Source: Actinomycetota bacterium | GTDB lineage: Bacteria > Actinomycetota > AC-67 | Length of the DNA: 64,000 bases | Direction of reading: 5' to 3' | NCBI GenBank assembly: GCA_046713235.1 | Contig: JBKKBZ010000116.1 | Location: forward strand, 2,742-66,741 | Shown: positions 49,206 to 58,520 of the stretch, in pieces | Position numbering within the stretch: the first letter of the stretch is position 1 | How the letters are laid out: each line of letters starts with the position of its first letter | The notes under the pieces: model-generated | Seen by the model: the letters and a program-made list of their open reading frames with translations, nothing else | Databases searched by the model: none | Told to the model about the DNA's origin: nothing | Translations under genes and position numbers: made by a program

Positions 49206-49778
49206 TCAACCCATACCTTCGACGGGGCGTGCGGGCTGGGGCGGCGGGGTGCCGTTTCCGCTGGTTCCGTTCCGCTCGGCCTCGAGCATGCCGTCGAGCC
49301 AGCGAATGTCGTGCTCCGCTTCATCGACGCCGTACCGCATCAACTCGAGCGAGTAGGCGTCCATCTTGTCGCGCAGCCGCTTCAGGCTCGCCGCCATCTT
49401 CGTGAGACGGTCCTGCAAGTAGCCGCGCCGTCGTTCCAACAGTCTCCGTCGAGACTCCGGCCGCATGTAGCGGCTGAAAGCAAGGCGAAGCATGAACGCA
49501 TCGCGGTCGCTCACCTCTGGGGAGGCGGCCTCGAGCTGGTCGGTAAAGAGCTGCTCACCCTTCGCTGTGATGCGGTAGACATTCTTGCGGCGCGGGGTTT
49601 CCCCGGCCGGGGTTTCGAATTCCACGGCCTGGTCTCGAGCCAGACGCTTGAGAGTCGGATACAGCGACCCGTAGGAGAAGCGCCAGAAGTGCCCCAACTG
49701 CTCGTCGAGGTTTTTCTTGAGCTCGTAGCCGTGCATGGTCTTCTCCTTGAGAAGCCCCAACACTGCAAGCTCGAGCAT
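49206..49778 (-). CDS. PadR-family transcriptional regulator with a C-terminal extension (Rv0047c-like).
   Basis: PadR wHTH LELAVLGLLKEKTMHGYELKK...GSLYPTLKRL. ATG at 49778; the upstream part of the track ORF spans the repeat array. Confidence 0.8.
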   Translation of the reverse strand: MLELAVLGLLKEKTMHGYELKKNLDEQLGHFWRFSYGSLYPTLKRLARDQAVEFETPAGETPRRKNVYRITAKGEQLFTDQLEAASPEVSDRDAFMLRLAFSRYMRPESRRRLLERRRGYLQDRLTKMAASLKRLRDKMDAYSLELMRYGVDEAEHDIRWLDGMLEAERNGTSGNGTPPPQPARPVEGMG

Positions 49779-49816
49779 TTGCGCTATCCTCCAGATCGCC
49801 ACGATCGGGCCGCCAC

Positions 49817-49877
49817 GATATCTCGGAACGATATATCGACGCGATATATCGACGCGATATATCGAGTCGATATATTG
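49817..49877. repeat. Tandem array (13-bp period) of the 10-bp palindrome CGATATATCG: three perfect copies and two degenerate copies.
   Basis: Perfect copies at 49829-38, 49842-51 and 49855-64. Degenerate CGATATATTG at 49868-77 and CGATATCTCG at 49817-26. Lies between divergent padR and DUF5318 starts. Confidence 0.7.
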
Positions 49878-49958
49878 TCGGGGCTGCACCCTCGCCTGTC
49901 AAACACCACGGTCGGTGACCGAATTGCGTCCCTTGGGGTGCTTGCAGCCGGGCGTACA

Positions 49959-50333
49959 ATGCGTTCCACCATGGCAGCAGCGATCGACTACCGGATGGCG
50001 AAGCGAGCCATCCTGCGCCAGCTCCGCTACGGGCTTCTGTCCAGGCTAGATGTGTGCGACGCGCACCCCGAGCTTCTGCGCGCCGCCCGCCACATCGGGG
50101 TCGAGACCTCGGACGTGTGCCCGGTTTGTGAGAGGGAGTCTCTCCGCCTCGTCGTCTACACCTACGGCAAGGCACTGAAGCGAGGCAGCGGCCGCGTGCG
50201 CCGTCTCCAAGATCTTCACGAGTTGCGCCGCGAGGTCGACGAGTTCATCTGCTACGTGGTCGAGGTGTGCACCCGGTGCCAGTGGAACCATCTGGTGCGG
50301 TCCTACCTCACCGGACGCCGGCACGCCGTCTAG
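49959..50333 (+). CDS. DUF5318-like Cys-rich small protein (Rv0049-like).
   Basis: About 124 aa with CxxC...CxxC motifs (CPVCERE, CTRCQ). Only the 3' part of the long track ORF 49311..50333. Confidence 0.55.
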   Translation: MRSTMAAAIDYRMAKRAILRQLRYGLLSRLDVCDAHPELLRAARHIGVETSDVCPVCERESLRLVVYTYGKALKRGSGRVRRLQDLHELRREVDEFICYVVEVCTRCQWNHLVRSYLTGRRHAV

Positions 50334-50418
50334 TACCGCTTTGTCCGGGCTTACCGCCCCCTCCTCCGCTTGGATGTCGGTTGTCCTGGGTAGCCTCGTC
50401 GCAGGAGGGAGTTTCAAT

Positions 50419-52516
50419 CGTGAAGACACGACCACGGGCTCGGGCCTCACGCACCCCAATGAAGGGCCGCCGCGGACGCTCGCGCTTCGGTCTCGACGCG
50501 GCTCGGGTGAAGCGGTGGCTGATCTTCGCCGTCCCAGGGTCGCTCGTGCTTGTGTTGTTGCTGCTCGGCCTGGCGTACGCACTTGCCCGCGTGCCGGAGA
50601 CGTCCGACTTCGCGACGAGCCAATCGACGATCATCACCGACCGCTACAACCAGCCTTTCGCGCGGTTTCACGCTGAAGTCGATCGCTCGGACGTTCCGTT
50701 TGAGGAGATGCCGAAGTACCTGCGGGACGCGGTCATCGTTGTGGAAGACCGAACGTTCTACCGGCATGGCGGGGTCTCGGTCTCGTCCGTAATCCGAGCC
50801 GCATTCACGAACCTGGTTAACAGGGACGTGGTGCAAGGGGGGAGCACGATCACGCAGCAATACGTTAAGAACGCCTATGTCGGCCGGGAACGCACGTACT
50901 GGCGCAAGATCAAAGAGGTCATCGTTGCCATGAAGCTGGAGCGCTCGGCGTCGAAAGACGAGATCTTCGAGCAGTATCTGAACACTGTGTATTTCGGCGG
51001 GGGAGCATACGGTGTCGAGGCCGCCGCCAGAACCCATTTCGGCCGACCGGCAAAGGCGTTGTCGCTGTCGCAAGCCGCATTTCTGGCCGGAGCGATTCAC
51101 GCGCCACAGCGATACGCCGAGGATCCGGAACGCGCCCGGGAAAGACGCAACGCCGTGCTCGACACCATGGTCGACCTCGCCAAGATCTCGTCGAAGGATG
51201 CCGAGGCGGCGAAGGGGGAGACCCTGAGCTTCGTCCGGCGCCCACCCAACTTTGACACCTCGGTAGGGATCTATTTCGTCGAGGACGTGCGCAAGCAACT
51301 CATCGACGAGTTCGGGGAGAACAGGGTGTTTCGCGGAGGTCTTCGGGTGAGGACGACGCTCGATTTCAAGATGCAGCTGGCCGCCGAGGAGGCGGTGCGC
51401 AAGACACTCGATCGCCCCGACGACCCCGAGGCGGCCCTGGTCGCGGTCGAGCCGCAAACGGGGGCAGTGCGTGCGCTGGTCGGAGGTCGCGACTTCGCGC
51501 GCCAAAAGATGAACCTCGCGACTCAGGGCCGCGGCAGGCAACCGGGAAGTGCGTTCAAGCCGTTCATCCTCGCGGCGGCGCTCGATGAGGGGACGTCGAT
51601 TAAATCGACTTTCCGGGCGCCGTTTTCCATCGTGCTGAAAACCGGGTTCGAGCCGTGGGACGTGTCGAACTACGACGAGCGCGACTACGGAACCCTCGAT
51701 CTTCTCGACGCCACCGCTTTCAGCGTTAACACCGTCTACGCGCAGCTCATTCTCGAGGTCGGGCCACGCGCAGCTGCGCAGGCTGCCCAGCGCGCCGGGA
51801 TCACCAGCCCGATGTCGGCAGTGCCCTCACTTGCCCTGGGGACGAAAGAGGTGAAGCCGATCGAGCTCGCCGGCGCGTACGCGACGTTCGCCAACCGCGG
51901 CCTGCATCTTGCGCCGCACCTGATCGAGCGCGTGGTCGCCCCCGACGGAGAGGTCCTCTTCGAGGCTGAGATCGAGCCGGTGCGGGCTTTCGAAGAGAGG
52001 GTTGCGAACACCGTCAACTACGCGCTGCGCAACGTGATCGAAAGGGGCACGGGTCGCAGTGCCGCGTTCGGCCGGCCGGCAGCCGGAAAGACGGGTACGA
52101 CCGAGTTCCACGTCGACGCCTGGTTCGCGGGGTACACGCCCGAGCTTGCCGCCGCGGTGTGGATGGGGTACCCGCAGGGTGGGAAACGTATGGAGAACGT
52201 GCGCGGGGCCGCCGTGGTGGGAGGGTCGTTCCCCGCGCAGATCTGGCGCGCGTTCATGTCGGCGGTGCACAACGGAAAGCCGATCACCGATTTTGGCAAG
52301 CCGGATCTCGGCGGGGCGGTGGCATCATCGACGCCGTCGGTGGCGCCGTCACCGAGCCCGAGTGCGACCACTATTCCTCCCTCGTCGTTCTCGCCGGCAC
52401 CCTCGCTCCCGCCGAAGAAGACGAAGCCGCCGTCGCCCGGACCCTCCCCCACGTCCTCGCAGAGTTCCTCGCCGACGCCGACGCCGACGCCGGCGCCGGC
52501 ACCCGGTCCCACCTAG
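50419..52516 (+). CDS. ponA1: Bifunctional class A penicillin-binding protein (PBP1A) with a Pro/Ser/Thr-rich C-terminal tail.
   Basis: GT51 EDRTFYRHGG; TP SAFKP, SVN, KTGT. GTG start with GGAGGGA SD. Confidence 0.92.
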
Positions 52517-52566
52517 CGCGCGTCGGTTGATACCGCGGCTGCGGGGAAGAGACCGTGGCGGGTCGG

Positions 52567-54216
52567 TCAGTCCAGCGCGAAGATCAGCAGCCGGCCGGAT
52601 CGACGTTTGCGCATGCCGTCCGGGAGCGGCCGGCCGGCGACGTTGTGCAAGCGCGTTCCCGGCACGAGATCAAGGTGCACGATCACCACGTCGACGCCGT
52701 AGGCGCGCAGGGCGCGCACGGAACGCTCGTCGGGGAAATCGCCGATCTGTGCGGCGAGTCGTTCGAGCCTCGGCGGAGAAAACCCCGAGTAACCGTTTGC
52801 CATCGCCGGGAAGGCCTGCGTCGTCCAGAGCATGTAGAGCCCCTGGCTCGGGTCCCCGACGTTCAGTGGTAGGTGAAGTTGCAGACGGCCGGAGACCGTC
52901 TCGATCCCCGGCGGCGGCTCGGGTACCGCTGCCGTTGGGATAGGCGCGCCGAGCCCTTCGATCGAGACCGCGAGCCCCAAGACGAGGAGCGAGTAACGGT
53001 GGTGGCCGGCGATCCGCTCGGCTCCGGCGGCCGCAAGGAGCCCAAGAGGTAGCGCCGCGAGTGCCATCAGCCGGCCCGGAGTCCGTGAGGAGTCGAAACC
53101 AGGCGCGAACTCGAGCAAGGCGCGGTAGGGATAGAAGCGCCCCGGACCCTCGACGTGCGCGCCCAAGGCGAGGGCTACGAGAGTGATCGATGCGGCGGCG
53201 AGTGCGAGCCTCCGTCGCTTGCCCCACGCTCCCCAGGTGGCGCCGACGAAGGCGAGAATCGGGACGACGAGGCCGGGGAATACGGCGTGCTCGGGCGGAT
53301 AGCTCACCCGATCGCGAAACGGCCGGGTAACTCCGGCCCAGGTTCGCGACTGCTCGGTGGCGGCGAGAAGCCCGGCGACGGGCGGTGAGAAAAGTGACAC
53401 GTCCCCGAGGCCGCGCCGGGACTCCGGATGGCGATCGGCTACGCGCAGATACGGCCGCGCCATCACGGCGGCGGCGAGGAGGAACACGGTGATCCCTGCG
53501 ACGCTGGCGGTCAGGATGGCCGCCGGCGGACGTTCTCGCCTTTTGATCAGCATGACGGAGTACCCCAGCGCAACGGCTGCCAGTCCGTAGCTGAAGGGGA
53601 CGCCGATCGTCCAGGAGATGGTCACCTGCCACGCCGCAACCAGCCAGCCGCTAATGATCGTTCCGGGACGGCGTCTCCGGTACCCGCGAACGAGGAGGAA
53701 GAACGCGAGCGCCGCCGGGCCGCTCCACAGGACGTGAAGGTGTCCGCCTTGGCTCAGGCGGAAGGGCGCATACGCAAACGCTATACCTGCGACGGCGGCC
53801 GCTCCCGGTCGGGCGCCGAGTTCGCGCGCAAGAAGATACGCGCCCAGCAATGCCACGACGTATGCGCCGATCCAAAGCAGCCCGTGGCGAATCAGCGCAG
53901 ACCGCATTCCTCGCCCGCCGATGTTGAAGGGCGCCAGACCGAGAAGAGAGTCGGTGAATGCCAGCGTGTCGCGCTCGGGTCGAAAGATGTTTGCCTGGAA
54001 GGTCCGCGCTTCGGAGCGCAGGGCGTGGCCGCCCCAGGCGGTCTGCCACGTCGTGAGCACGGGGTCGCCGAGGTCGTACGGCACGTGTGTGGCAAGTCGT
54101 GCCGGAAGGGGCCACGACATCGCGAGTGCGAGGATCCAGGCCGCGACGACGACGACGACGACCTCCCGCCGGGTTACGCTTGTCTGGTCATCGTGTTCGG
54201 ACGCGAGACTGTTCAC
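52567..54216 (-). CDS. Polytopic membrane protein, putative GT-C-fold glycosyltransferase with a C-terminal extracytoplasmic domain.
   Basis: About 550 aa with 10 or more TM helices. GTG start overlaps the upstream stop. The first 322 aa of the 871-aa track ORF are antisense artefact. Confidence 0.55.
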   Translation of the reverse strand: MNSLASEHDDQTSVTRREVVVVVVAAWILALAMSWPLPARLATHVPYDLGDPVLTTWQTAWGGHALRSEARTFQANIFRPERDTLAFTDSLLGLAPFNIGGRGMRSALIRHGLLWIGAYVVALLGAYLLARELGARPGAAAVAGIAFAYAPFRLSQGGHLHVLWSGPAALAFFLLVRGYRRRRPGTIISGWLVAAWQVTISWTIGVPFSYGLAAVALGYSVMLIKRRERPPAAILTASVAGITVFLLAAAVMARPYLRVADRHPESRRGLGDVSLFSPPVAGLLAATEQSRTWAGVTRPFRDRVSYPPEHAVFPGLVVPILAFVGATWGAWGKRRRLALAAASITLVALALGAHVEGPGRFYPYRALLEFAPGFDSSRTPGRLMALAALPLGLLAAAGAERIAGHHRYSLLVLGLAVSIEGLGAPIPTAAVPEPPPGIETVSGRLQLHLPLNVGDPSQGLYMLWTTQAFPAMANGYSGFSPPRLERLAAQIGDFPDERSVRALRAYGVDVVIVHLDLVPGTRLHNVAGRPLPDGMRKRRSGRLLIFALD

Positions 54217-55448
54217 GCGGGCGCCTCTGCTCGGCGGGCCCGGTGCAGCGTGAGGAGAACGAGCAGGAGAACACCGAACGCCAGGAACCGAGCGAAGATC
54301 GCCGCGCTGAACCAGGTGTGGCTGAGAAGACCGGCGAACTCCGGGGACCAGAAACGCGTCACGAGAACGAACACGTCGAGAGCCTGAAAGGCGATCCAGA
54401 CGCCGACGGCTCGCCCCGTGGCCGGGAGGATCAGCGCCCACAGCGGGAGCAGCCACACACCGTACTGGGGCGACCAGACCTTGTTCACCATGAGAAACCA
54501 GGCCACGAGGATGAACATGGCGCTTGCCGTCGACCGGCGGATGCCGGGCGCCGCGTCGACATCGTCGGGGCTTCGAAGGCCAAGCCACTGCCACAGCCCC
54601 AGCAGCGCGAATCCGGCCACGAACAACAGTGCGGTGTTGCGGTTGAGCTCGAGCGTCGGGATGCCGATGTGCCACACGCGATCGATGTGGTGCCAGATCG
54701 AGTCCCAGTCGGCGCCGCGTTCGGCGTTCAATCTGAAGAACTCTCGCCAGCCACGCGGAGCCCCGACCGCGACCGGGAGGTTGACGGCGAGGATCGTGAG
54801 GCCGCTCACCACCGCCAGCATCGCCGCGGCGCGCTTCCGACCTTCTCGCAGACGTTGCAATGCCAAGAACGGTAAGGCGAACGCCGGATAAAGCTTGGCT
54901 GCGGCGCCGATGCCGAGAAGCAGGCCCGCCGTTCCGTCGCGGCCGGCTGAGAACGCCAGGAGCGCAAGACACATCGGAACCACGGCAAGCAGATCCCAGC
55001 TGATGCCGCCGAGTAACAACAGTGTGGGTGCGGCCGCAAAGTAGAGCGCGCGCCGCCATCCGACCAGACGTGCCAGCGCGGCCGCGCCGCCCACTATGAG
55101 CAGTCCGAACGCCACCTGGGTCAGCCAGAAATACGCGTTGACGTTTGCTTTGGGGGCGAGCTTGGCCATCGCGTACATCCATGCCCCGGTCAGCACGGGG
55201 TACTCCATGTAGCGGCCGTCCTCGCGAACGTCGAAGTACGGCACGACGCCCTCATGGAGTCCTTCGCTGTAGTACAGCGCGTACACGTCGGTGTAGCAGA
55301 GCCGTTCCAGCGACTCTTTGAGCTCGCCGCCGGCGCGCACGCACGGGATGCGAAAGATGAATCCCAGAACGACGAGCGCGGCAGCGGCGGCCACCGGGAT
55401 CGTGACGGACCGAGCCCGGCGTGGGTCGTCCGGCTCCGGAGAGCGCAT
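54213..55448 (-). CDS. DUF2029/GT87-like membrane glycosyltransferase (Rv0051-like).
   Basis: About 411 aa, multi-TM, with an EYPV motif. The N-terminal 215 aa of the track ORF overlap hemQ antisense and are rejected. Confidence 0.55.
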   Translation of the reverse strand: MRSPEPDDPRRARSVTIPVAAAAALVVLGFIFRIPCVRAGGELKESLERLCYTDVYALYYSEGLHEGVVPYFDVREDGRYMEYPVLTGAWMYAMAKLAPKANVNAYFWLTQVAFGLLIVGGAAALARLVGWRRALYFAAAPTLLLLGGISWDLLAVVPMCLALLAFSAGRDGTAGLLLGIGAAAKLYPAFALPFLALQRLREGRKRAAAMLAVVSGLTILAVNLPVAVGAPRGWREFFRLNAERGADWDSIWHHIDRVWHIGIPTLELNRNTALLFVAGFALLGLWQWLGLRSPDDVDAAPGIRRSTASAMFILVAWFLMVNKVWSPQYGVWLLPLWALILPATGRAVGVWIAFQALDVFVLVTRFWSPEFAGLLSHTWFSAAIFARFLAFGVLLLVLLTLHRARRAEAPA

Positions 55449-55505
55449 GACGGGAAGCGTATCCGAGAGCGCGCGCGATGCTCGGTCCCGGGGCCGTCGG
55501 ATAGC

Positions 55506-56213
55506 ATGGCCGGCGTGAGCGACGAGCGACCGCACCCGCGGCAGATCGTTCGGTACGCGTTTTACCGGGCGGACCCGGCGTGGCGCGGCCTGCCCGCGGA
55601 CGACCGGGCAACCGCGCACAAGGAATTGGTGGAGCTCCTGCTCGACGGGCGCGACCGCTTTCCGATGCTCCGGACGTACTCCACTGTTGGGATGCGAGCC
55701 GATGCCGACATGCTGATCTGGATGGCGGCTGCCACCCTCGAGGAGGTGCAAGACTTCGAGACGGCGATGCGGGGCACGCAGATGGGACGGTATCTGTTGC
55801 CGACGCATTCGTATCTGGCGATGACCAAGCGTTCGCCGTACGAGGACCGGCTGGATCCGTCGCGCAGGCAGAGGCTTCAGGTCAAGCCGGGCCGCGCGAA
55901 GTATCTCTTCGTGTATCCGTTCGTGAAAACGCGGGCGTGGTACGCGCTGCCCTTCGCCGAGCGCCAGAAGATGATGGACGCCCACATCGAGGTCGGTCAC
56001 AAGTACCCGACGGTGAAGCTCAACACGACGTACTCGTTCGGCCTCGACGATCAAGAGTTCGTCGTGGCATTCGAGACCGACCACCCCGACCATTTTCTCG
56101 ATCTCGTGATGGAGCTACGCGAGGTGCGATCGTCGGAGTTCACTCTGCGGGACACCCCGATCTTCACCTGTATAGCGGGAGAGCCGGCAGCCGTGCTCGA
56201 CGCGATCGGCTAA
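55506..56213 (+). CDS. hemQ: Coproheme decarboxylase / chlorite-dismutase-like HemQ (ChdC).
   Basis: About 235 aa; conserved blocks RYAFY, KYLFVYPFVKTRAWYALPFAERQKMM and TTYSFGLDDQEFVVAFE. Confidence 0.85.
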   Translation: MAGVSDERPHPRQIVRYAFYRADPAWRGLPADDRATAHKELVELLLDGRDRFPMLRTYSTVGMRADADMLIWMAAATLEEVQDFETAMRGTQMGRYLLPTHSYLAMTKRSPYEDRLDPSRRQRLQVKPGRAKYLFVYPFVKTRAWYALPFAERQKMMDAHIEVGHKYPTVKLNTTYSFGLDDQEFVVAFETDHPDHFLDLVMELREVRSSEFTLRDTPIFTCIAGEPAAVLDAIG

Positions 56214-56566
56214 TGCGTGGGGGTGGTCGCGGCGCGCAGTTCGGCGGTTGGGGCTGCGCGCAGGGTGAATCGGCAGTCGTACTCGCTCTCGAGGGAGAAG
56301 GAGTCGTTGGCCACCCCTTCGTCCACGTCCACGATCAACTCGGCGTCGCCGGCGTAGAGGTCGGCCAGCCACTTCGGCGACAAGATCGCCACGCCGTCGA
56401 TCTCTCCGACGGAGACGGCGTCGGGCTCGGGGAGGTAATGGTCGTAGAGGTACGGCGCGGTGGAGTCGCAGCAGCCGGTGCCGAGGATCATGACGAGCTC
56501 GGTGCGCCCCTCGTCGCGCACCCGTCGCACGGTAGCCGCGGCGGTCCCGGTGGTCGTGATCTTCAT
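56210..56566 (-). CDS. DUF779 protein (normally encoded beside an aldehyde dehydrogenase).
   Basis: MKITTTGTAAATVRRVRDEGRTELVMILGTGCCDST... with GCCD motif. Confidence 0.75.
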   Translation of the reverse strand: MKITTTGTAAATVRRVRDEGRTELVMILGTGCCDSTAPYLYDHYLPEPDAVSVGEIDGVAILSPKWLADLYAGDAELIVDVDEGVANDSFSLESEYDCRFTLRAAPTAELRAATTPTH

Positions 56567-56595
56567 CTTGCCCAGTGTAGCCCGGCGGGAACACA

Positions 56596-57168
56596 TTGAC
56601 GCAGAGAGGCCGCGGGATTCTGCTGCTTGCCGCGCTTCTGGGGGCGCTGGGGTCGGGGGCGACGACAGTGTTCCTCATAGGCTCACGCAATCGCGCGATC
56701 GATCGCCTGGACGTGCTCGCCTACGAAGCGAGGGTCACCGCCGAGGTGCGTGAGATGAACGTCGTCGCCGGATCGATGCTTAACCTGGCCGATCAGATGC
56801 AGCAGCGGCGTGCGGACCCAGCACTGTTTCTGTCCAAGATGCGAGAGTTCCAGGGAACCTTGGGCCTCGTCGCGGCTCGGCTGCGCGAGATACCGCTGCC
56901 TCCTGCCGTGGGGCGGGGCTCCCCGGCGTTCCCCCCGGCTGCTGCGGAATACGCGGAAGCCGCGGATCGATTCGCCGTTGGTGCTTCGTGCTACGTCGAT
57001 GTTCCTCGAAAGGGCGGTGCGAAAATTTCATGCGCGGCCTTCAACGCCGCACGCGACCGCGCCGCGACGGCGCTGTCGCGGTATCGCGCCGCGGTGGAGG
57101 CGTTGCAAGCCGCCAGGGTGAGGCTGGATCTGGGACCGAGCCCAAATTTCGGAGATCCGCCCCGCTGA
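56596..57168 (+). CDS. Hypothetical exported or membrane-anchored helical protein.
   Basis: TTG start; N-terminal hydrophobic segment; no family recognised. Confidence 0.3.
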   Translation: MTQRGRGILLLAALLGALGSGATTVFLIGSRNRAIDRLDVLAYEARVTAEVREMNVVAGSMLNLADQMQQRRADPALFLSKMREFQGTLGLVAARLREIPLPPAVGRGSPAFPPAAAEYAEAADRFAVGASCYVDVPRKGGAKISCAAFNAARDRAATALSRYRAAVEALQAARVRLDLGPSPNFGDPPR

Positions 57169-57200
57169 CATCTCCTCGAAAGTGTGACCGTCGTGGACGA

Positions 57201-57362
57201 TGGAGCGCGCCGAAGGCGTTCCTGCGGGTCTCAACCACAATTTCTTCAGTGGCCACCGGCTGTGGCTCATCGCGGGGATCCTCGGCATCCTCTCCGTGAT
57301 CATCATCGTGATGATGGTGTGGAAGCCGGGCTCGGGCTGTGGACCGCTCTACCGCTGTTAGG
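57201..57362 (+). CDS. Possible 53-aa single-TM micro-protein MERAEGVPAGLNHNFFSGHRLWLIAGILGILSVIIIVMMVWKPGSGCGPLYRC.
   Basis: Below the track's length cut-off. ATG start with only a weak SD. Confidence 0.25.
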
Positions 57363-57392
57363 GTCCGCGACCGCCGTTCCCTGAGAAAATAG

Positions 57393-58367
57393 TCAGTCCG
57401 GACCAGCGATGTTCCTGGCGCGCCCGGAGGATCTCATCGCGCGGGCGATGGCTCGCAACGCAGCGTCGGGTCCTTCGACGATGTCCGACCACGTCACGTG
57501 GATGACCAGCCAGCCCAGGGAGGTGAGCTCGTTCCGGCGCGCCAGGTCGCGGGTCCACCGAAGCCGTCCGCCGTGCCATCGAAATCCTTCGGCCTCGATC
57601 GCGATGCGCCGCTCCGGGTAGGCGAAGTCGACGACGGCGACGAGGCGGCCTCCATCCCTAATCCGATGCTGACGAATCGGATCGGGTAAGCCGACGCTTT
57701 GAAGCGCGCGCAGAACCCTGGTTTCTAACACGCTCTGGGGGACGGGGAGGCCGTCGGCGCGGGTTTCGACGAGCGAGCGAAGCAACGCCGCGCCGGCGCG
57801 CCCATTGCGCGGGGCCTGGCCCAGTTGCCACCTCATCCGCTTCAGGGATACCAGCCCCCTTCGTAGCGCATCGTCGAGAGCCTCTTCCACCGTGCGGGCA
57901 TCGGCAGCAGCCGCGACGTCGAGCAGCGTTCGTGTCGGGGTCGTCACCGGTATCGCGTCCCGAGTCGTGACGTCACCGGGCGGCAGAGAGAGTGGCCGGT
58001 GGACGGTGCCGGGACGTTTTCGGTCGCGGCCGCGCGGCACGATCAGCTCGATCGGCCCCGCCGGGAAACCAGGGAACGCCCACAGGGCGGCGGCGGCACG
58101 GTGGGACGCGACGGCTCCCGGTCCCCAGGCAAGACACGCCGCGATTAGCGCCTGGCGCCACGTCTCCGAGGATCCGGCCAGCCGGTACACGCTCTTGTGC
58201 ACCCGCTCCCAGCTACCGGTGGCAATGCGACGATGCATCATGCCGTCGCTCGCCCCCAGCTGCCGGGCCTGCATCCGGGAGAAAACCCCGTGTTGACCGG
58301 CCGCCAGCTTTGCTATCCGCCGGTCGGCGGATTCTCGTACGATCCTACGCTCGCCCGCGAACGCCAC
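57393..58367 (-). CDS. DUF559 (Vsr-like endonuclease fold) protein with an AbiEi-like N-terminal domain.
   Basis: The C-terminal block VVDFAYPERRIAIEAEGFRWHGG...W..D..R.N.L...GW.V is typical of DUF559. N-terminal wHTH resembles the AbiEi_4 N-terminal domain. Confidence 0.7.
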   Translation of the reverse strand: MAFAGERRIVRESADRRIAKLAAGQHGVFSRMQARQLGASDGMMHRRIATGSWERVHKSVYRLAGSSETWRQALIAACLAWGPGAVASHRAAAALWAFPGFPAGPIELIVPRGRDRKRPGTVHRPLSLPPGDVTTRDAIPVTTPTRTLLDVAAAADARTVEEALDDALRRGLVSLKRMRWQLGQAPRNGRAGAALLRSLVETRADGLPVPQSVLETRVLRALQSVGLPDPIRQHRIRDGGRLVAVVDFAYPERRIAIEAEGFRWHGGRLRWTRDLARRNELTSLGWLVIHVTWSDIVEGPDAALRAIARAMRSSGRARNIAGPD

Positions 58368-58520
58368 TTCGTACGAGTACCACGGCAGTCGTCCGGGAGC
58401 AGCCGCTTCGGGGACCGGATCGAGACGATCGCGATCACTTTCTCGAAGTGGGCCCGGCCCGATCGTCCGAACGGAGTGAAACCGACCGAGCCCCGCCGCT
58501 CCGAGCCCGAGCCGCGCCGA

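Noticed and set aside
49311-49958. 5' two-thirds of the 340-aa plus ORF 49311..50333.
   Set aside because: Antisense to padR and spanning the palindromic repeat array. Only the last roughly 124 aa (DUF5318-like, from the ATG at 49959) look genuine.
54217-55182. N-terminal 322 aa of the 871-aa ORF 52567..55182.
   Set aside because: This part overlaps the next gene in another frame and is Arg-rich nonsense. A GTG with GTGA coupling at 54216 gives a coherent membrane protein.
55449-56093. N-terminal 215 aa of ORF 54213..56093.
   Set aside because: Antisense to hemQ and lacks membrane-protein character. The start was reassigned to the ATG at 55448.
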